NCBI GenBank assembly: GCA_963847705.1
Contig: CAWKBC010000017.1
Coordinates: forward strand, 233,795-297,794
Length of the DNA stretch: 64,000 bases
From: an uncultured Pseudomonadota bacterium
GTDB taxonomy: Bacteria; Myxococcota_A; Polyangia; Fen-1088
Direction: 5' to 3'
The translations under genes and the position numbers were made by a program. Shown piece by piece: positions 57,648 to 64,000 of this stretch; position 1 is the first letter of the stretch; every line of letters begins with the position of its first letter. The notes under the pieces were generated by a model. It had not been told where the DNA came from. It was given only the letters and a program-made list of their open reading frames with translations, and did no database searches.

Positions 57648-58640
57648 TCAACGGACAGTGTGGAAGAAGCGGTTCCAGTGGATGGCTTTGAACCAGGAGC
57701 CGAGGCTCCAGCCCTCGGTCTCGCCGCGGGACCACCAGACGATGAGGGCGCGCCCCTTGACCAGGTCGAGATCGACCGTCCCCCAGAAGCGCGAGTCGGA
57801 CGAGTTGTCGCGGTTGTCGCCCATCATGAACAGATGGTGGGGCGGCACGACGGTCCGGGCGAAGTCGCGCCCGCCGTGGCCAGGCACCTGGATGGTCTCG
57901 TGCTGCACGTCGCCCAGCGTCTCCAGCCAGAGCTCGCAGTCGTGGGCCTCGAAGAGCTCCCCGCTGCGGGGCGCCTCGTCGTCGCTGCAGACGCGGGGAA
58001 GCCGTTCGCGCGGGACCGGCTTGCCGTTGATGTAGAGCTCCTCCTGCTTCATCTCGATGACGTCGCCGGGAAGGCCCACCACCCGCTTGATGTAGTCGAT
58101 GCTGTGGTCGTTGGGCCACTTGAAGACGATGACGTCGCCCCGCTTGGGTTCGGCGTACTGCAGGATCTTCATGTCGGTGAAGGGGATGCTGAGCCCGTAG
58201 GAGAACTTGGAGACGAAGATGTGATCGCCGACGGCCAGGGTCGGGATCATCGAGCCCGAGGGGATCTGGAAGGCCTCGACGACGAAGGCGCGCAGGAGCA
58301 GCGCCACCGCCACCGCCACGCCGATCGACTCGGAGTACTCGCGGACGGTCGACTTGCGGGCGAAGGCCAGGTGGGCGTCCATGGCGTCGTCGAGCGTCGC
58401 GATCGTCTTGCGCAACTGCTCGAGATCGTCGCCGCCCAGCGCCTGCTCGACGGCGGCGATGTCGGCCTGCAGCTGGGCCGCCACGCCGGCCGGGATGCGG
58501 TAGCTCTTCTTCCTCAGGATCCGCTGGGACTCCTTGATCAGATGGCGCCCCTCGACCCGCGTGCTGCGGTCGGCGGTGCGCGCGCGCCACCAGGTGAGCA
58601 GGCTGGGGGTTCGCTCTTCGGGCATCCTCCGCTTCCCCAT
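57648..58640 (-). CDS. lepB: Signal peptidase I
   Basis: IPSGSMIPTL, DYIKRVVG, GDNRDNSSDSR. Follows lepA. Confidence 0.95.
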   Translation of the reverse strand: MGKRRMPEERTPSLLTWWRARTADRSTRVEGRHLIKESQRILRKKSYRIPAGVAAQLQADIAAVEQALGGDDLEQLRKTIATLDDAMDAHLAFARKSTVREYSESIGVAVAVALLLRAFVVEAFQIPSGSMIPTLAVGDHIFVSKFSYGLSIPFTDMKILQYAEPKRGDVIVFKWPNDHSIDYIKRVVGLPGDVIEMKQEELYINGKPVPRERLPRVCSDDEAPRSGELFEAHDCELWLETLGDVQHETIQVPGHGGRDFARTVVPPHHLFMMGDNRDNSSDSRFWGTVDLDLVKGRALIVWWSRGETEGWSLGSWFKAIHWNRFFHTVR

Positions 58641-58651
58641 CGTCGACCGAC

Positions 58652-60454
<1,803 letters not shown>

Positions 60455-60481
60455 TTGGGGCGGGGGCCGGCGGCGGCTCTG

Positions 60482-60670
60482 CTAGCGGCCGGAAGGGACG
60501 TGCAGTGTGAGCTGTCCCGGAAGGTTGTGCCGTTCTTTTTCCAGGACCATGTCGATCCCCTGCCGGATGTATTCGGCAACCGGAACGCGCGTCTTCGAGT
60601 TCAGCTGCTTCAGCTGCTCGTTCTGCTCGGGGGTGATGTAGATGGTCGTGGAAATCTTCTTCCTCGCCAT
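60482..60670 (-). CDS. Ribbon-helix-helix DNA-binding protein, CdbA-like
   Basis: MARKKISTTIYITPEQ...VPVAEYIRQGID RHH pattern. Resemblance to Myxococcus CdbA is from memory, not verified. Confidence 0.8.
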   Translation of the reverse strand: MARKKISTTIYITPEQNEQLKQLNSKTRVPVAEYIRQGIDMVLEKERHNLPGQLTLHVPSGR

Positions 60671-60753
60671 GGCGTGACCATGCATGACCATAGGTCAGGG
60701 GTCAAGTTCGCAAGCACTTGATACGCCGGCATTTCCGCCCTACCGTAGACGCC

Positions 60754-61542
60754 ATGCCCCATTCCAAGACGTGGCTGGCGTACGGTTCCCTGGCCGCGCT
60801 GCCCATTCTGGCGCTGGCCTGTGCCCAGACGCCGAAGCACGCCGAGATGGTGACCTCCGGCGCCACGAACGTTCCGACCCCGCCCAACGTCGATCGCACC
60901 AAGTGTGACGAGAAGGGGAAGAACGTCATCACAGCCGACACCAACCTCGATCAGAAGGCCGACGTCTGGAAGTTCTATCAGTCGGTCGACGTCGGCGGGC
61001 AGAAGACGGAGATCCTGACCTGCAAAGAGGTCGACCTGAATCACGACGGGAAGATCGATCTGGTCTACTACTATGACGACAAGGGCGCGACGCTCACGCT
61101 GGACGAGGCCGACACCGACTTCGACGGCAAGTTCGACATGACCCGGTACTACGCGAACGGCAAGGTCGTGCGCGAGGAGCTCGACACCAACTTCGACGGC
61201 AAGCCCGACGTCTGGAAGTACTACGAGGACGAGAAGCTGGTTCGCCAGGAGCGCGACACCAACGGCGACGGCAAGGTCGACGAGTGGGAGTACTTCGAGG
61301 GCGGCAAGCTGGATCGCATCGGCTACGACACCACCGGCAACGGGACGGTGAACAAGTGGGACCGCGCGCCCGAGAACGACGACGACAGCGCAGGTGGCGG
61401 CGCGGCTGCGCCGGCGGCTCCTGCTGCGCCGGCTCCTGCGGCCCCGACGGCCCCGCCGCCGGCCGCGACGGCGCCTCCGCCGGCCAAGCCTGCGGCAGCG
61501 CCGCCGGCCGCGACCACGCCGCCCGCGCCTGCCAAGAAGTAG
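60754..61542 (+). CDS. Lipoprotein with tandem Dx(D/N)xDG Ca-binding-like repeats
   Basis: Lipobox LALAC. Repeats DTNLDQK, DLNHDGK, DTDFDGK, DTNFDGK, DTNGDGK, DTTGNGT. Pro/Ala tail. Confidence 0.8.
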   Translation: MPHSKTWLAYGSLAALPILALACAQTPKHAEMVTSGATNVPTPPNVDRTKCDEKGKNVITADTNLDQKADVWKFYQSVDVGGQKTEILTCKEVDLNHDGKIDLVYYYDDKGATLTLDEADTDFDGKFDMTRYYANGKVVREELDTNFDGKPDVWKYYEDEKLVRQERDTNGDGKVDEWEYFEGGKLDRIGYDTTGNGTVNKWDRAPENDDDSAGGGAAAPAAPAAPAPAAPTAPPPAATAPPPAKPAAAPPAATTPPAPAKK

Positions 61543-61617
61543 CCCGGGATTTCGCCGGCTCGCTCCGCGCGGCGACGGCGGTGCGTCTCGAGCGGGTGTG
61601 ATCTGCCGCTTGGTTGC

Positions 61618-61661
61618 GCCCCTCCGCGTGAGGTCCGCGGACGGACCTCACGCGGAGGGGC
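61618..61661. repeat. Perfect 20-bp inverted repeat (4-nt loop) between convergent genes
   Basis: GCCCCTCCGCGTGAGGTCCG-cgga-CGGACCTCACGCGGAGGGGC. No U-tract on either side. Confidence 0.9.
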
Positions 61662-61784
61662 ACCCTTCCGAATCCTTCACTTGGCGGCCAGCGGAGTCAG
61701 GAGCGCGGTGGGGCAGCCGAGGCTCGTCCAAGCGCGCGGAGGCGGCAGCCGAGGCTCGCCTGGCGCGCGGTGGGGGCAGCGGAG

Positions 61785-61868
61785 CGGAAGAGCCGAGCGA
61801 AGCGGCGAAGCCGCGACGCGGGCGCCGGAAGAGCCGGGCGAAGCGGCGAAGCCGCGACCGGGCGCCGG
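61785..61868. repeat. Two tandem ~41-bp REP-like direct repeats
   Basis: cggaagagccgRgcgaagcggcgaagccgcgac(g)cgggcgc twice, directly downstream of the gltA stop. Confidence 0.8.
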
Positions 61869-61879
61869 CAAGCGGGCGG

Positions 61880-63178
<1,299 letters not shown>

Positions 63179-63224
63179 GGCGTCCTCCTCGGGCTCGCGC
63201 GAGCATAACCTATATACTCCGCGC

Positions 63225-64000
63225 GTGAACCTGCTAACCGTCGCTGTCGCGGTCGGTTTGTTCGTCGATGCCGGCGCGGGAGGGGTGCGCGACGGCGGAG
63301 GCGCTCCGAGCCCCCCGCACCCGTCCGCGAAGGACGCCGGGGCCTGGTCCGCCGCACCTTTGCCGTCCATCCTGGTGCGCATCGACGAGCTGCACCGCCG
63401 GCGGGACGACAAGAACGCCTTCACCGAGGAGCAGCACCTGGTGCAGGCGGGCCTTGCCCGCGACCCCAACGACTACGAGCTCCTCTGGCGCGCCGCCCGG
63501 CTCTATTTCTGGGCCAGCGACGATCCAGGTCTCCCCAGGGACCAGAGGTCGCGTTGGGGGAAAGACGGCTGGGACATCGCCGAACACGCCATCGCCATGA
63601 ACCCCAACGACGTGGCCGGGTATTACTGGGCGGCGGTCAACATGGGGAACTACGCGCTCGGCCTGGGGGTGGTCAAGGCGCTGTCGAGCGGCCTGGAAGA
63701 GAAGTTCCGCGAGCGGCTGGGGAAGGCGTCCGCGCTGAACGACGGCTACGAGTGGGGCGGCGTCGAGACGGCCTGGGGGCGGTTCTTCGACAAGCTCCCC
63801 TGGCCGAAGCGGGATCGGAAGCGGGCGGAGGAGCACCTGCGGCGGGCGCTGCAGATCAACCCCTCGGCCCTGCGCGCCCGTCTTTATCTGGGGATCCTGT
63901 ATCTCGACAGCAACCGCGCCCGGGAGGCGAAGGGGGTGCTCGATGAGGTCGCCGCGGCCCCGGTCGGCCGCTACGACGCGCCCGAGGAGCGCCGGGCCAA
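63225..64000 (+). CDS. Secreted TPR-like protein, truncated by the window edge
   Basis: Open frame from GTG 63225: YELLWRAAR, GYYWAAVNMG, LPWPKRD, ALQINP. Absent from the ORF track, probably because there is no stop in the window. Confidence 0.8.
   Translation, partial: MNLLTVAVAVGLFVDAGAGGVRDGGGAPSPPHPSAKDAGAWSAAPLPSILVRIDELHRRRDDKNAFTEEQHLVQAGLARDPNDYELLWRAARLYFWASDDPGLPRDQRSRWGKDGWDIAEHAIAMNPNDVAGYYWAAVNMGNYALGLGVVKALSSGLEEKFRERLGKASALNDGYEWGGVETAWGRFFDKLPWPKRDRKRAEEHLRRALQINPSALRARLYLGILYLDSNRAREAKGVLDEVAAAPVGRYDAPEERRA

Noticed and set aside
61785-61868. Possible CRISPR array
   Set aside because: Only two adjacent units, no unique spacers and no cas genes.

Overview
A very GC-rich, gene-dense bacterial chromosomal segment. 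Gene content suggests Myxococcota (inference): AUC-initiated IF3 with a C-terminal extension, FHA-CpaF fusion, CdbA-like ribbon-helix-helix protein, and many lipoproteins, TPR proteins and Ser/Thr signalling genes. No integrase, transposase, prophage, CRISPR array or rRNA was seen. Layout: (1) 1-15.9 kb, mostly minus strand, tRNA-Val-thrS-infC-[two inserted envelope genes]-rpmI-rplT-pheS-pheT-ihfA-merR-tRNA-Pro-surE-pcm-nlpD-apt-gluQ. (2) 15.9-31.1 kb, a glycosylation locus with a full putative GDP-heptose pathway (transaldolase, GmhA-, HddA-, GmhB-, HddC-like), an epimerase, a polyprenol-phosphate GT2, a methyltransferase and five GT-C-like membrane proteins. (3) 31-47 kb, a DacZ-like diadenylate cyclase, orphan PrkA, MlaC coupled to a double-DTG aspartic protease lipoprotein, aroA, tyrA and a DsbD/glutaredoxin pair. 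(4) 47-57.6 kb, an FHA-fused TadA/CpaF pseudo-ATPase, a SUKH-TPR protein, a degenerate Zn-phospholipase-like secreted protein and an FHA-PP2C-kinase operon. (5) lepB-lepA-cdbA-like, a repeat lipoprotein, REP-like repeats and gltA. Best candidates for undescribed systems are the lipid-linked heptose transfer locus and the pseudo-ATPase/phospho-signalling locus. Many genes appear leaderless. Frameshifts in pheS, pheT, aroA and several GT-C genes are most likely sequencing errors. All family calls come from motif recognition by eye; no database search was run.
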